Below are positions 23,565-32,363 of a stretch of 64,000 nucleotides of DNA, in pieces. Below the pieces are notes generated by a model. That model made no database searches. It saw nothing but the letters and a program-made list of their open reading frames with translations, and was not told where the DNA came from. The stretch lies in contig OZ252098.1 of assembly GCA_965248355.1 (NCBI GenBank), positions 1,088,001-1,152,000 on the forward strand, in the 5' to 3' direction. Numbering within the stretch: position 1 is the first letter of the stretch; every line of letters begins with the position of its first letter. The position numbers and the translations under genes were made by a program. Source of the stretch: Candidatus Latescibacterota bacterium. GTDB lineage: Bacteria > Latescibacterota > UBA2968 > UBA8231.

Positions 23565-24026
23565 TCAATCCTGGCCGGGCCAGGCCAAGCCGGTCTCGCC
23601 GGTCCGGTCTTCTTCCGCCCAGAGCTTGTCCAGATTTTCCACGTGCACCGTGTAGCCTTCCTCGATCAGATCGATCTGGCGCAGGCCGCTGATGGTGAAG
23701 GTCGGGAAATCCGGCTCCACAAGCTTGGTCAACGAGGACTGCAGAGCCCGTTTCAGTGCGTTGTGCCCGGCCTTGATGAACTTGTCCTTCGTGTGCCCGA
23801 AGGCCTCCATGTCGGCCAGATAGGACTTGATCGTCTCTCGCAGTCCGGCCGCCTTGCTCGCCTGGTCCGACTTCAGATGGAAGCGATATTCGACAAGCTT
23901 CTTGTTGTATTTGTCCATCTGCCTCAGCTGCTCGACGTATGGTCCCAATTCGTCGACTTGCTCGCCGCATCCCGCCACGGCGGCGGCCACGAGGAACACC
24001 CTTGCTGCTGCGCCTGCGGAGCTCAT
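23565..24026 (-). CDS. Hypothetical lipoprotein, helical
   Basis: MSSAGAAARVFLVAAAVAGC lipobox; GGAGG Shine-Dalgarno; coding-like codon usage. Confidence 0.7.
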   Translation of the reverse strand: MSSAGAAARVFLVAAAVAGCGEQVDELGPYVEQLRQMDKYNKKLVEYRFHLKSDQASKAAGLRETIKSYLADMEAFGHTKDKFIKAGHNALKRALQSSLTKLVEPDFPTFTISGLRQIDLIEEGYTVHVENLDKLWAEEDRTGETGLAWPGQD

Positions 24027-24214
24027 CGGTCTGGCCTCCAGTTCGGGTGAGTGGACCTCGGCGGAAGCGGCAGCTACCCCGGTGGATGCCCCGAAGCCTC
24101 CGGCCGCCAAGCTCCACATCGGCAGAAACAGGAGACTTCGGGACAACGCGTCAAGCGGGAAGCGGACCTGCAGGTCGGGTGTGGGCGGGCCTCGAGTCAA
24201 GCCTCGGACGGCCA

Positions 24215-24988
24215 TCACTCCCGGAGGTGACCGAGGATTTCCCCGTGGAGGTGGCCGTTCGTCGAGACCGCGTCGCCCCCGTGGATCGTCCGGTTCCCCC
24301 GCCAGTCGGAGAAGGAGCCGCCCGCTTCCTCCAGAATAACCGGAAGAGGTCCGCAGTCCCAGGGGCCGATGATCGGATCGAGCATCGCTTCGGCGCGGCC
24401 CGTGGCCACGAGGAGGTGTCCGTAACAGTCCCCCCAGCCCCGCTCGATGCGCGCCCGGGACGAGAGGTCCTCCCAGGCACGCTGACGACCGCATTCGGCA
24501 AAGCTCCGGGACGAGGTGAAGCAGATCGATGCCTCGGCCAGCTGATCGACTGTGGAGACCCGCGCATGGCGGCCGTTCCAGAAGCAGCCCTCGCCCCGAG
24601 CCGCGCATATCAATTCGTCAAGGGCGGGAAGGTAGACAGCGCCCGCCAGGCAGGTGTCGGCCGGCCCGGCCAGGCCGACCAGGACGCCGTACAAAGGTAC
24701 CCCTGCGACGAAGGACTTCGTGCCGTCGATGGGGTCGACGTACCAGCTTCGACCCGACCTGGACTCGACGGGCTCGAATTCCTCGCCCACTATGCCGTCG
24801 TCCGGATAGGCGGCCTGGAGTCCCTGGCGGATGAAGACCTCCGCCTCGCGGTCGGCTACCGTCACCGGCGACTCGTCCTCCTTCAACTCGACGACGACGC
24901 CGGTCTGATAGTGCCTCAAGGTCATTCGCCCCGCCGTCCAGGCGAGGTCGACGGCCACCTCCATCTCCGGGCGCCAGCTCCGGCTCAT
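24215..24988 (-). CDS. hisN: Histidinol-phosphatase, inositol monophosphatase family
   Basis: KEDESPVTVADREAE, GIVGEE, WYVDPIDGTKSF, RGWGDCYG, PWDCGPL; may start at 25000 via an ATGA overlap. Confidence 0.82.
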   Translation of the reverse strand: MSRSWRPEMEVAVDLAWTAGRMTLRHYQTGVVVELKEDESPVTVADREAEVFIRQGLQAAYPDDGIVGEEFEPVESRSGRSWYVDPIDGTKSFVAGVPLYGVLVGLAGPADTCLAGAVYLPALDELICAARGEGCFWNGRHARVSTVDQLAEASICFTSSRSFAECGRQRAWEDLSSRARIERGWGDCYGHLLVATGRAEAMLDPIIGPWDCGPLPVILEEAGGSFSDWRGNRTIHGGDAVSTNGHLHGEILGHLRE

Positions 24989-24996
24989 GGCCGGGA

Positions 24997-25149
24997 TCAT
25001 GCCCCCTCTTCCCGCCATCCCTCCTCGCCTGCCGCCGGCTGAGCGGAGGCGAGGACGGCCCTTACGCGATTTCGGAACAACTTGATCTTGTCTTCTACCT
25101 CCTCGATGGAACGCAGCAGTTGCTCCTCGACACCGGTGTCGGCTGACAC
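24997..25149 (-). CDS. Small (50 aa) coiled-coil-like protein, not in the ORF track
   Basis: GAGGAG Shine-Dalgarno then GTG: MSADTGVEEQLLRSIEEVEDKIKLFRNRVRAVLASAQPAAGEEGWREEGA; stop overlaps an in-frame hisN ATG. Confidence 0.6.
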   Translation of the reverse strand: MSADTGVEEQLLRSIEEVEDKIKLFRNRVRAVLASAQPAAGEEGWREEGA

Positions 25150-25283
25150 GGTTCCGTCTCCTCGTGGTGGACGTCGGGGAACGGTCGGGCGCCGTCCGTG
25201 TGCACGGCGGATGCCGACGGCAGGGAGGGTTGTGCGCTCGCGCAGCTCTCAACGGCCATGCCGCGCGAAGGGGATCCGGGCCG

Positions 25284-26144
25284 TCAGGCCCGGCTGTAGG
25301 TGCGCAACTGGTCGCAGCGGCTGGGGTGCCGCAGGCGATGCAGTGCCTTCTCCTTGATCTGGCGGACTCGCTCCCTCGTCAGATCGAAGCGGGCGCCGAT
25401 CTGATCGAGGGTCATGGGCTCCTCGCCGTCGAGACCGAAGTAGAGCCGCAGGATCTCCGCTTCGCGGCCGAGCAGGCTGCCCAGGGCGCTGTCGATCTGG
25501 CCCCGAAGACACCCTTTCATCACCTCGATCTCCGGCGACTCCTGGCGATCGTCGGGAAGCACATCAAGGAGGCTGTGCTCCTCTTCCTCGCGGAAGGTCG
25601 CATCGAGAGACCGCACCCGGCGTCCGCAGAGGATCGTCTCCTTCACCTCCTCCACCGGGACGTTCAACTCGGCGGCGATGTCCTCGGGATCCGGCGCGTC
25701 GGCACGCTGCTGCATGAGCTGGCGCGAGGCTTTGGAGATCTTGTAGAGCAGGCCGATCTTGTTGAGGGGCATGCGGACGGTGCGCGCCTGCTCGGCGAGG
25801 GTCTGCAGGATCGCCTGGCGAATCCACCAGACCGCGTAGGAGATGAACTTGAACCCCTTCTCCTCGTCGAAGCGCTCGGCCGCGGTGATCAGACCCATGT
25901 TGCCCGCGCTGATCAGATCGGCCAGGGGCACGCCACGATTCTGATACTCCTTGGCCACGCTGACGACGAAGCGCAGATTGGCTTCGACGAGCGTGTTGCG
26001 CGCTCTCTCGTCGCCGGCCTTGATCTTGCGAGCCAGCGCCACCTCCTCGACGGCGGATAGCGGCTTGGAGTTGGAGATCTCCCCGAGATAGCTGCCGAGG
26101 GAGTCCTCCATGTCCCAGAACGAAGCCTTCGCTTGCTCGGCCAT
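25284..26144 (-). CDS. RNA polymerase sigma factor, RpoD/SigA family (short, no region 1.1)
   Basis: LVEANLRFVVSVAK, DLISAGNMGL, GFKFISYAVWWIRQ, LTRERVRQIKEKAL. Confidence 0.93.
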   Translation of the reverse strand: MAEQAKASFWDMEDSLGSYLGEISNSKPLSAVEEVALARKIKAGDERARNTLVEANLRFVVSVAKEYQNRGVPLADLISAGNMGLITAAERFDEEKGFKFISYAVWWIRQAILQTLAEQARTVRMPLNKIGLLYKISKASRQLMQQRADAPDPEDIAAELNVPVEEVKETILCGRRVRSLDATFREEEEHSLLDVLPDDRQESPEIEVMKGCLRGQIDSALGSLLGREAEILRLYFGLDGEEPMTLDQIGARFDLTRERVRQIKEKALHRLRHPSRCDQLRTYSRA

Positions 26145-26212
26145 CCTCGCCTTTGCCCTGACGCCGTCCCGATGGCGGCCGGACCCGGGTGCGATACCGG
26201 TGCTGCGGCCCA

Positions 26213-26242
26213 AAACTAAGCGGCGTCGCGAGAGACTGTCAA
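26213..26242 (-). promoter_or_regulatory. Sigma70-type promoter for the sigma factor gene
   Basis: TTGACA-N18-TAGTTT. Confidence 0.55.
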
Positions 26243-26281
26243 GCTGCCCCGAGGCCCGGGCCAACAGCCTGCTGAGATGGC

Positions 26282-27013
26282 TCAGGATCCTCCCAGGATC
26301 TGGTTCTGCGCCTCTGCCAGTTGCTGGATTCCCGCCGCGGCGAGCTCGATCAAGCCGACGCACTCGTGGCGCTTCATCGGCGAACCCTCAGCCGTCGCCT
26401 GCACCTCGACGATCTCGCCGGCGGCCGTCATCACCGCGTTCAGGTCCGTCTCGGCGGCCGAATCCTCTGTATAGCACAGATCCAGCATCGGAGAGCCGCG
26501 AACGATCCCGGCGCTCACGGCCGCCACCTGGTTCACTACGGGATCCCGGGTCAACGCGCCGTCTGCCTGCCATCGCCGGACCGCCAGCCTCAGGGCCACG
26601 AAGGCCCCCGTGACCGCGGCGGTGCGGGTCCCCCCATCCGCCTGCAGCACGTCGCAGTCGACGTAGACCGTGCGCTCCCCGAGGCCCGACAGGTCGACGG
26701 CGGCTCGCAGAGACCGCCCGATCAGCCGCTGGATCTCGCGGGCGCGGCTGTTGGGCCGGCCGGTGGAAGACTCCCGGGTGACCCGCTGCGGCGACGAGCC
26801 CGGCAGCATGGCGTATTCGGCGGTCAGCCAGCCCTTGCCCCTCCCCACGAGGAAGGCCGGGACGCGATCCTCGAGGGAGACCGTGCACATCACCCGGGTC
26901 CGGCCCATCTCCATCAGCACGGCTCCGGGCGCCGTGTCGACGAATCCGGGGGTGATGCGCACCGGACGCAGCTGATCCAGCGCCCGACCGTCAGCTCTTG
27001 CAGAAGCGGTCAT
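26282..27013 (-). CDS. rph: Ribonuclease PH
   Basis: RADGR, GWLTAEYAMLP, EIQRLIGRSLR, DCDVLQADGGTRTAA, DLCYTEDS. Confidence 0.96.
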   Translation of the reverse strand: MTASARADGRALDQLRPVRITPGFVDTAPGAVLMEMGRTRVMCTVSLEDRVPAFLVGRGKGWLTAEYAMLPGSSPQRVTRESSTGRPNSRAREIQRLIGRSLRAAVDLSGLGERTVYVDCDVLQADGGTRTAAVTGAFVALRLAVRRWQADGALTRDPVVNQVAAVSAGIVRGSPMLDLCYTEDSAAETDLNAVMTAAGEIVEVQATAEGSPMKRHECVGLIELAAAGIQQLAEAQNQILGGS

Positions 27014-27831
27014 GACTCCAGGTAGGCACGGTAGTCCTGCCCCCCCATGTCGACGACGTAGCACATCTCCACCAGGCGCGACAGGATCCGCCCGCCGGAG
27101 AGCTCTTCCATCTCCTGTCGGGACTGGTTCGTGGTCACGATGGTGAAGCGCTCCTCCCCGTACCGGGCGTCGACGAGATCGTACAGCATCTCGCTCTCCC
27201 ACTCGGTCCCACGCTCCACGCCGAAGTCATCGAGCACGAGGTAGGGGATATTGCATAGCTCCTCGAGGATCTTCCAGGTGCGGCCGTAGTGCTCGCTGTC
27301 CTGGGAGTAGGTGGAGCGCAACTTGTGGAACATGCGCGACAGGTTGACGAAGCGTCCGGAACGCGCTCGGCGGAGCACTACCTCGTTGAGCAGGATACAG
27401 GCCAGCAGGCTCTTGCCCGTTCCGGCCGAGCCGTGAAACAGATAGCCCCGCTGTGGATTGCGGTCGTCGTCGACCAGGGCGGTCATGTACTCGAGGACCG
27501 GCCGAACACGGCCTTCGACCTGCAGGGCGGAGCCGTCGGGGGCCGCGGACCTGAAATCGCCGCGGAACTTGTAGCGGAAACGCGTCGGCACGTCGGCCTC
27601 GCTGAACAGGCTCTTGACCCGCGCCAGTCGGCGGCGGGAGGTGTGGCACGGGCACCACCGGCGTTGGGAGTCCTCGTCCCAGAACTGGTAGGGCGGGCGC
27701 CCCTCGCAGCGGCACTTGGCGGCGATGCACGGACACAGGTCCAAGTGTCCGAACCGGCCGACCTCGACCCTCCCGTCGTAGCGCACCCCATGTCCGCCGC
27801 AGGAGGAGCACGGCTCGTGGGACTCGGTCAT
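27010..27831 (-). CDS. DnaC/IstB-like AAA+ ATPase with Cys-rich N-terminus
   Basis: Walker A GSAGTGKS, Walker B LVLDDFG, TIVTTN, RILSRL, GQDYR; ATGA overlaps with both neighbours. Confidence 0.85.
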   Translation of the reverse strand: MTESHEPCSSCGGHGVRYDGRVEVGRFGHLDLCPCIAAKCRCEGRPPYQFWDEDSQRRWCPCHTSRRRLARVKSLFSEADVPTRFRYKFRGDFRSAAPDGSALQVEGRVRPVLEYMTALVDDDRNPQRGYLFHGSAGTGKSLLACILLNEVVLRRARSGRFVNLSRMFHKLRSTYSQDSEHYGRTWKILEELCNIPYLVLDDFGVERGTEWESEMLYDLVDARYGEERFTIVTTNQSRQEMEELSGGRILSRLVEMCYVVDMGGQDYRAYLES

Positions 27832-28319
27832 CCTCGGTCTCTTGCGGCCAGAGCCCGGTCGATGGCGAGGTCCGCGTCCCGTCTGGCGACCTCCCGGCGC
27901 CGATCGTACTGACGCTTTCCGCGGACCACCGCGACCTCGACCTTGGCCAGACCCCGCTCGAAGAACAGGCGCAGGGGGATCATGGTGAGCCCCTTCTCCT
28001 CGGTGCGCCCCCTCAGCCGGCGGATCTCCGCCCGGTGGAGGAGCAGCTTCCGGGATCGCCGAGGATCGTGGTTGGCGTGATTGCCGCCGGCGTAGGGCTC
28101 GATGCGGACGCCGTGCAGGAAGACCTCGCCGTTCTCGATGCGGGCGTACCCATCGGTCAGGTTGGCGCCCCCGGCGCGCAGGGACTTGACCTCCGTCCCG
28201 AGGAGGGCGATTCCCGCCACGACGGTGCCGAGGATCTCGTAGTCGTGCCGCGCGCGGCGGTTCCTCGCCACCTGCTGAGGGCCCCCTGCCGGGGAGGTGC
28301 GATCCTCCCTGTCCGCCAT
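27828..28319 (-). CDS. smpB: SsrA-binding protein
   Basis: NRRARHDY, AGIALLGTEVKSLR, RKLLLHRAEI, RGKRQYDRR. Confidence 0.96.
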   Translation of the reverse strand: MADREDRTSPAGGPQQVARNRRARHDYEILGTVVAGIALLGTEVKSLRAGGANLTDGYARIENGEVFLHGVRIEPYAGGNHANHDPRRSRKLLLHRAEIRRLRGRTEEKGLTMIPLRLFFERGLAKVEVAVVRGKRQYDRRREVARRDADLAIDRALAARDRG

Positions 28320-28330
28320 CTCATCTCTCC

Positions 28331-28358
28331 TTGACGGGAATGGCGCGAGATCTAAGTT
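28331..28358 (+). promoter_or_regulatory. Promoter for tRNA-Leu
   Basis: TTGACG-N16-TAAGTT, about 50 nt upstream of the tRNA. Confidence 0.5.
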
Positions 28359-28410
28359 ACCGTGGCTCCCGTGCGGAGTGATCTGGCGGGGTGACCCCTC
28401 GCCACCACTT

Positions 28411-28497
28411 GCCGATGTGGCGAAATTGGTAGACGCGCTGCGTTCAGGGCGCAGTGGGGATTTCCCCGTGGGGGTTCGAGTCCCTCCATCGGCACCA
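28411..28497 (+). tRNA. tRNA-Leu(CAG)
   Basis: Acceptor stem GCCGATG/CATCGGC, anticodon arm CTGCG-TTCAGGG-CGCAG, long variable arm, GTTCGAGTC, encoded CCA. Confidence 0.97.
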
Positions 28498-28507
28498 GGA
28501 ATCGAAC

Positions 28508-28543
28508 AAGCGGCGGTCCTCCACGGGGCCGCCGCTTTTCTTT
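28508..28543 (+). terminator. Intrinsic terminator after tRNA-Leu
   Basis: AAGCGGCGGTCCT-CCAC-GGGGCCGCCGCTT hairpin running into a T-rich tract. Confidence 0.85.
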
Positions 28544-28671
28544 CGGGGCTCGACAATCTAGGAATCCGATCCCGAAGCGCAAGGGACCCACGATTCCTGA
28601 GAGTCCGTTAGTCGATTGTTCCCCAATATGTTGCACACTCTACCTGCCTCGAATCAGAAAGGATGAGAGCC

Positions 28672-29049
28672 ATGGCCAAGCTGCTGCACACCCGCGTCCG
28701 GGTCAACGATCTCGATCGGTCCATCGACTGGTATTGCGGGCACCTGGGGTTCCAGGTGCTCAGCCGGACGGACAGGTCCCCGGCGGGCAATCACATCGCC
28801 CACCTCGAGCTGCCGGGAAACGACCATACCCTCGAGTTCACCTGGTCCCCGGAGTTTGAGTTGAAGGTGCCCGAGGACCTGCTTCACTTCGCCATCGGCG
28901 TGCCGGATCTGATCGGCTTCTGCGACCAGCTCGAGAAGGACGGCATCGAGATCTGGCCTGGGGACTGGCGGGAGAGCTTTCCGAAGGGCAGGAAGATGGC
29001 CTTCATCGACGATCCGGACGGATACGAGATCGAGCTGCTCGAGCGCTGA
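28672..29049 (+). CDS. VOC/glyoxalase I family protein (lactoylglutathione lyase-like)
   Basis: LLHTRVRVNDLDRSIDWY, HFAIGV, AFIDDPDGYEIELL. Confidence 0.88.
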   Translation: MAKLLHTRVRVNDLDRSIDWYCGHLGFQVLSRTDRSPAGNHIAHLELPGNDHTLEFTWSPEFELKVPEDLLHFAIGVPDLIGFCDQLEKDGIEIWPGDWRESFPKGRKMAFIDDPDGYEIELLER

Positions 29050-29085
29050 CGCCAAGAGCCGCGGCGGACGGGGCCGCGGGGACCC

Positions 29086-30570
29086 TCAGCTCCCTGAGCC
29101 GCCACCCCGCCGGTCCGCCTCCGGGTACCGGGAGAGGATGAAGTCTCGCGCGGTGCGGCCTCCTACGAGGTCGTGGTTGTTCCTCAGGCACCAGACCCGG
29201 AAGGCGTCGAGCAGGCGACCCTCCTGCTCGGCGACGCCCGCCCGGCGGGCGTAGTCGAGCAGGATCGACTCGTACTGGCTCCTGGTGGGGAGATCGAGAA
29301 AGACCTTGAGGGCGAAGCGATCGTCCAGGGCGCGCCGCTCGTCGAGGCGTTGAAAGGCCTGGGGATCGTAGGGACCCGGTCCGGGCCTCGGAACCGTCGT
29401 CCGCCGGTCCACCGGGACATCCTCCGCCGGCAGAGGAGGCGGCCCCTGAGGCCGCTCCCCTTCACGGTCGATCAGGTCCTTGAAGTTCGAGGTAGCGTAG
29501 AAGACGAGGTTGTCGGGGACCTGCTCGAGGCCGCCGTCCAGGATGCTCGACAGGGCCCGGGCCGAAGAGGAGCGGCGGTCGAGACCGATGTTGTCAAGGA
29601 CGGCGATGAAGCGCTCCCTCCGGTCCCGCACGAGGGCGTACAGCCGCGTCAGGGACCCGTAGCTGGCGGCCGGGACCTCGACGCCCCGAAGCCCGTGTTC
29701 CCAGTACCGGGTGACGAGTCCACGGATCAGCGAGGACTTGCCGCACCCCCGCGGGCCCCAGATCAGAGCATTGTGTGCGCGGTACCCGTCCAGGAGATTG
29801 CGCGTGTTGTCCTCCAGGAGCCCGATGCGCTTCTCGTTGCCCGCCAGCCACCCGAGATCGAAGGCGTCGAAGTCGCGGATGGGTGTGAGTCCGGCCTGGC
29901 CACCGGTACCGGCTTCGAAGCGATAGGCGGGACAGGCCTGCTCCGCACCGAGGCCGAAGCGGTGGACCAGGTCGCCCAGCGAGCGGGCCAGCTCTTCCCA
30001 ATCGGGGGACGCGTGCTCGAAATCCCTGCGCAGCCGGCGGCGGGAGGCGGTGGCCGACCACGGCGGTGACCCCACGGCCCAGGGGTCGCGGTCGGCCCTT
30101 GGCGCTCTGGGGGCCGTGCCGTCGGCGATGAGCGCCTCCTCGCCCAGACAGGCGTCAACGGCATCGGCGATCGACTTCAGTTGGCGCAGATCTTCGGCCA
30201 TCCCGGCGGCGAAGACCGGGGGAACCCAATCCGGACCGAGGTGGGCCGCCCGGCGCAGATAGGGATGGGTGTCGTCGGAGCAGAGACGGTCGAAGATGTA
30301 CTGACCGAAAGATCCGGCCCGGGTCTCCGAACTCGTGCAGGCTTCGACGAGGCTCAGACGACTGGCGGCCAGGGGCCGATCTTCGCCACGGGCCGCTGCC
30401 TCGGCGTCGGCCCAGCGGGTCAGCAGGTCTGCAGCGGTCCGGGCCACGGCCGGCGGCAGGAGCGGCCAATCGGCCAGCAGAGCCTCCAGCCGGGCGAGCG
30501 CTGCCCGCGTCGAGTCCTCCGGGTCCCCTCCTGCCCGCGCGGGTCCGGGCTGGCAGCCGCCCCCCGTCAA
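29086..30570 (-). CDS. DUF815-family P-loop ATPase with extended N-terminus
   Basis: NT..LLDG..AHNALIWGPRGCGKSSL, LDGGLE..PDNLVFYATSN, LDDRF, GRTARDF; TTG start overlapping the cysS stop is estimated. Confidence 0.75.
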   Translation of the reverse strand: MTGGGCQPGPARAGGDPEDSTRAALARLEALLADWPLLPPAVARTAADLLTRWADAEAAARGEDRPLAASRLSLVEACTSSETRAGSFGQYIFDRLCSDDTHPYLRRAAHLGPDWVPPVFAAGMAEDLRQLKSIADAVDACLGEEALIADGTAPRAPRADRDPWAVGSPPWSATASRRRLRRDFEHASPDWEELARSLGDLVHRFGLGAEQACPAYRFEAGTGGQAGLTPIRDFDAFDLGWLAGNEKRIGLLEDNTRNLLDGYRAHNALIWGPRGCGKSSLIRGLVTRYWEHGLRGVEVPAASYGSLTRLYALVRDRRERFIAVLDNIGLDRRSSSARALSSILDGGLEQVPDNLVFYATSNFKDLIDREGERPQGPPPLPAEDVPVDRRTTVPRPGPGPYDPQAFQRLDERRALDDRFALKVFLDLPTRSQYESILLDYARRAGVAEQEGRLLDAFRVWCLRNNHDLVGGRTARDFILSRYPEADRRGGGSGS

Positions 30571-32015
30571 GGGCGGTCCCAGGTCCACAAGGGGCCGCCC
30601 GGAGTGTCCGTGACCGCCACTCCGGCGGCGGCCAACTCCCCTCTCAGAGCGTCCGCGCGGTCCCAGTCCCGGGCCTCCCGGGCCGCCTGTCTCGCCTTCA
30701 CAAGCCGGGCGAGCTCGAGGGGAAGCTCCGGGTTCTCCTCGGCGGTCTCGGCCGCCTCGACCGGGTCTAGGAGACCGAGAACAGCGTCCACTTCCTCGAT
30801 CAGGCCGGAGACCCGCAGGGCTTCCGTCGGGTTCAGGTCCCCGGCGGAAAGCGCCTTCTCCACATCTGAGACCAAGCTGAAAACGGCTGCCATCGCCGGG
30901 GAGGCGTTCAGGTCGTCGTCCATGTGACGAATGAAGCCGGACCGGGCTTCCTCCACCGGCCCCGACCACGTACCGTCGGCCGCCGACTCGGTCTCCCCGG
31001 CCAGTGATCGCAGGCGCCGGTAGAACCGGTTCAGCCGGCGCCGGGCGCGGATCCCACCCTCCAGGGCCTCCTCGGTGAAATTCAGCGTCGTACGGTAGTG
31101 ATTCGTGACGACGAAGTAGCGAAATCCCGGGGCCACCTCGGCGTGCCCAGGGCCATCGACGAGCTCGGCCAGGTCACGCAGCAGGAGCTGGTTGCCGAGG
31201 CTCTTCGACAGCTTCACACCGTCGATGTTGACGAACTCGTTGTGCATCCAGTAGCGGGACAGGGGCTGGCTCGTGGCCCCCTCGCTCTGGGCGATCTCGT
31301 TCTGGTGGTGTGGGAAGATCAGGTCGACCCCCCCGGTGTGAATGTCGAAGGTCGGTCCCAGATACTTCATCGACATGCAGGAGCATTCCAGATGCCATCC
31401 CGGCCGGCCGCGACCCCACGGAGAGTCCCAGGCCAGATCCCCGTCGGGCTCGGTCCAGGCCTTCCACAGGACGAAGTCCCGTACGTCCTCCTTGTCGTAG
31501 CGGTCGCTGTCGATCCGGGCTCCCTCGCGCAGTCCCCCCGTGTCTAGGTGGGCGAAGTCGCCGTAGCCGGCAAACCTCGCAATGGAGAAGTAGACGGACC
31601 CGCCGCGCACGTAGGCAAAGCCGCGATGAATCAGCCGCTCGACGAGCTCGAGCATCTCCGGGATGTGCTCCGTGGCCCGAGGGTAGCGGTCGGCCCGCTG
31701 GATGCCGAGGTCGTCGAGCTCCCTGAAGAAGGCGTCGATGTAAGGGCCGACGTACTCCTCCAGGCCCCCACCGCTCTCCGCCACCTTCTGCACGATGCGG
31801 TCATCGACGTCGGTGAGGTTCATCACGTGCTCGACCTCGAACTCCCGATAGCATAGATAACGCTTGAGCACATCGTAGAACAGGAAGCAACGGAAGTTCC
31901 CGATGTGGGAATAGTCCCACACCGTCGGGCCGCAGCTGTACATCCGCACCTTGCCCGGCTGGAGGGACTCGAAGTCCCGCTTGCGGCGGCTCGAGGTGTC
32001 GTAGAAGCGGATCAC
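30567..32015 (-). CDS. cysS: Cysteine--tRNA ligase
   Basis: CGPTVWDYSHIGN, GRPGWHLECS, DIHTGGVDLIFPHHQNE, KLSKS. Confidence 0.97.
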   Translation of the reverse strand: MIRFYDTSSRRKRDFESLQPGKVRMYSCGPTVWDYSHIGNFRCFLFYDVLKRYLCYREFEVEHVMNLTDVDDRIVQKVAESGGGLEEYVGPYIDAFFRELDDLGIQRADRYPRATEHIPEMLELVERLIHRGFAYVRGGSVYFSIARFAGYGDFAHLDTGGLREGARIDSDRYDKEDVRDFVLWKAWTEPDGDLAWDSPWGRGRPGWHLECSCMSMKYLGPTFDIHTGGVDLIFPHHQNEIAQSEGATSQPLSRYWMHNEFVNIDGVKLSKSLGNQLLLRDLAELVDGPGHAEVAPGFRYFVVTNHYRTTLNFTEEALEGGIRARRRLNRFYRRLRSLAGETESAADGTWSGPVEEARSGFIRHMDDDLNASPAMAAVFSLVSDVEKALSAGDLNPTEALRVSGLIEEVDAVLGLLDPVEAAETAEENPELPLELARLVKARQAAREARDWDRADALRGELAAAGVAVTDTPGGPLWTWDRP

Positions 32016-32115
32016 CCGACCCGCCTGATCCAGTGAGCCTCGGGGGGATCAGGGCGCATCGTGCCCATGGACGCGGCTACCCATTTCATAGTCTAACTAC
32101 CTCCCGCACAAGGAG

Positions 32116-32143
32116 AAGGGACCGCAAGTCCATGCGGCCCCTT
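32116..32143 (-). terminator. Hairpin, probable terminator after tRNA-Arg
   Basis: Minus strand AAGGGGCCGCA-N6-TGCGGTCCCTT followed by a pyrimidine run. Confidence 0.5.
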
Positions 32144-32183
32144 CAACCCGGGACTGGAGGACCGGGTTTCGACTCGAGCGGGC

Positions 32184-32260
32184 TGGTACCCCCGACAGGA
32201 TTCGAACCTGTGACCCACAGATTAGGAATCTGTTGCTCTATCCAGCTGAGCTACGGGGGC
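32184..32260 (-). tRNA. tRNA-Arg(CCT)
   Basis: Minus strand GCCCCCGTAGCTCAGCTGGATAGAGC-AACAGA-TTCCTAA-TCTGT...GGTTCGAATCC...GGGGGTACCA. Confidence 0.96.
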
Positions 32261-32334
32261 AGAAAGCGCTGGGCCTCAGGGCAAGGTCGGAGGTGAGAAA
32301 CCCAGTCGACCTGTACCGAATCGGCATCCAGAAA

Positions 32335-32363
32335 AGGGTACGGGCGGCGGCAACGACGGTCAA
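32335..32363 (-). promoter_or_regulatory. Promoter for tRNA-Arg
   Basis: TTGACC-N17-TACCCT. Confidence 0.5.

Noticed and set aside
28320..28670. Possible tmRNA next to smpB
   Set aside because: The RNA gene here is tRNA-Leu; no tmRNA-like ends or tag reading frame were seen
28411..32260. Segment between two tRNAs as a possible genomic island
   Set aside because: No integrase, no duplicated tRNA 3' end seen, and it contains the core gene cysS
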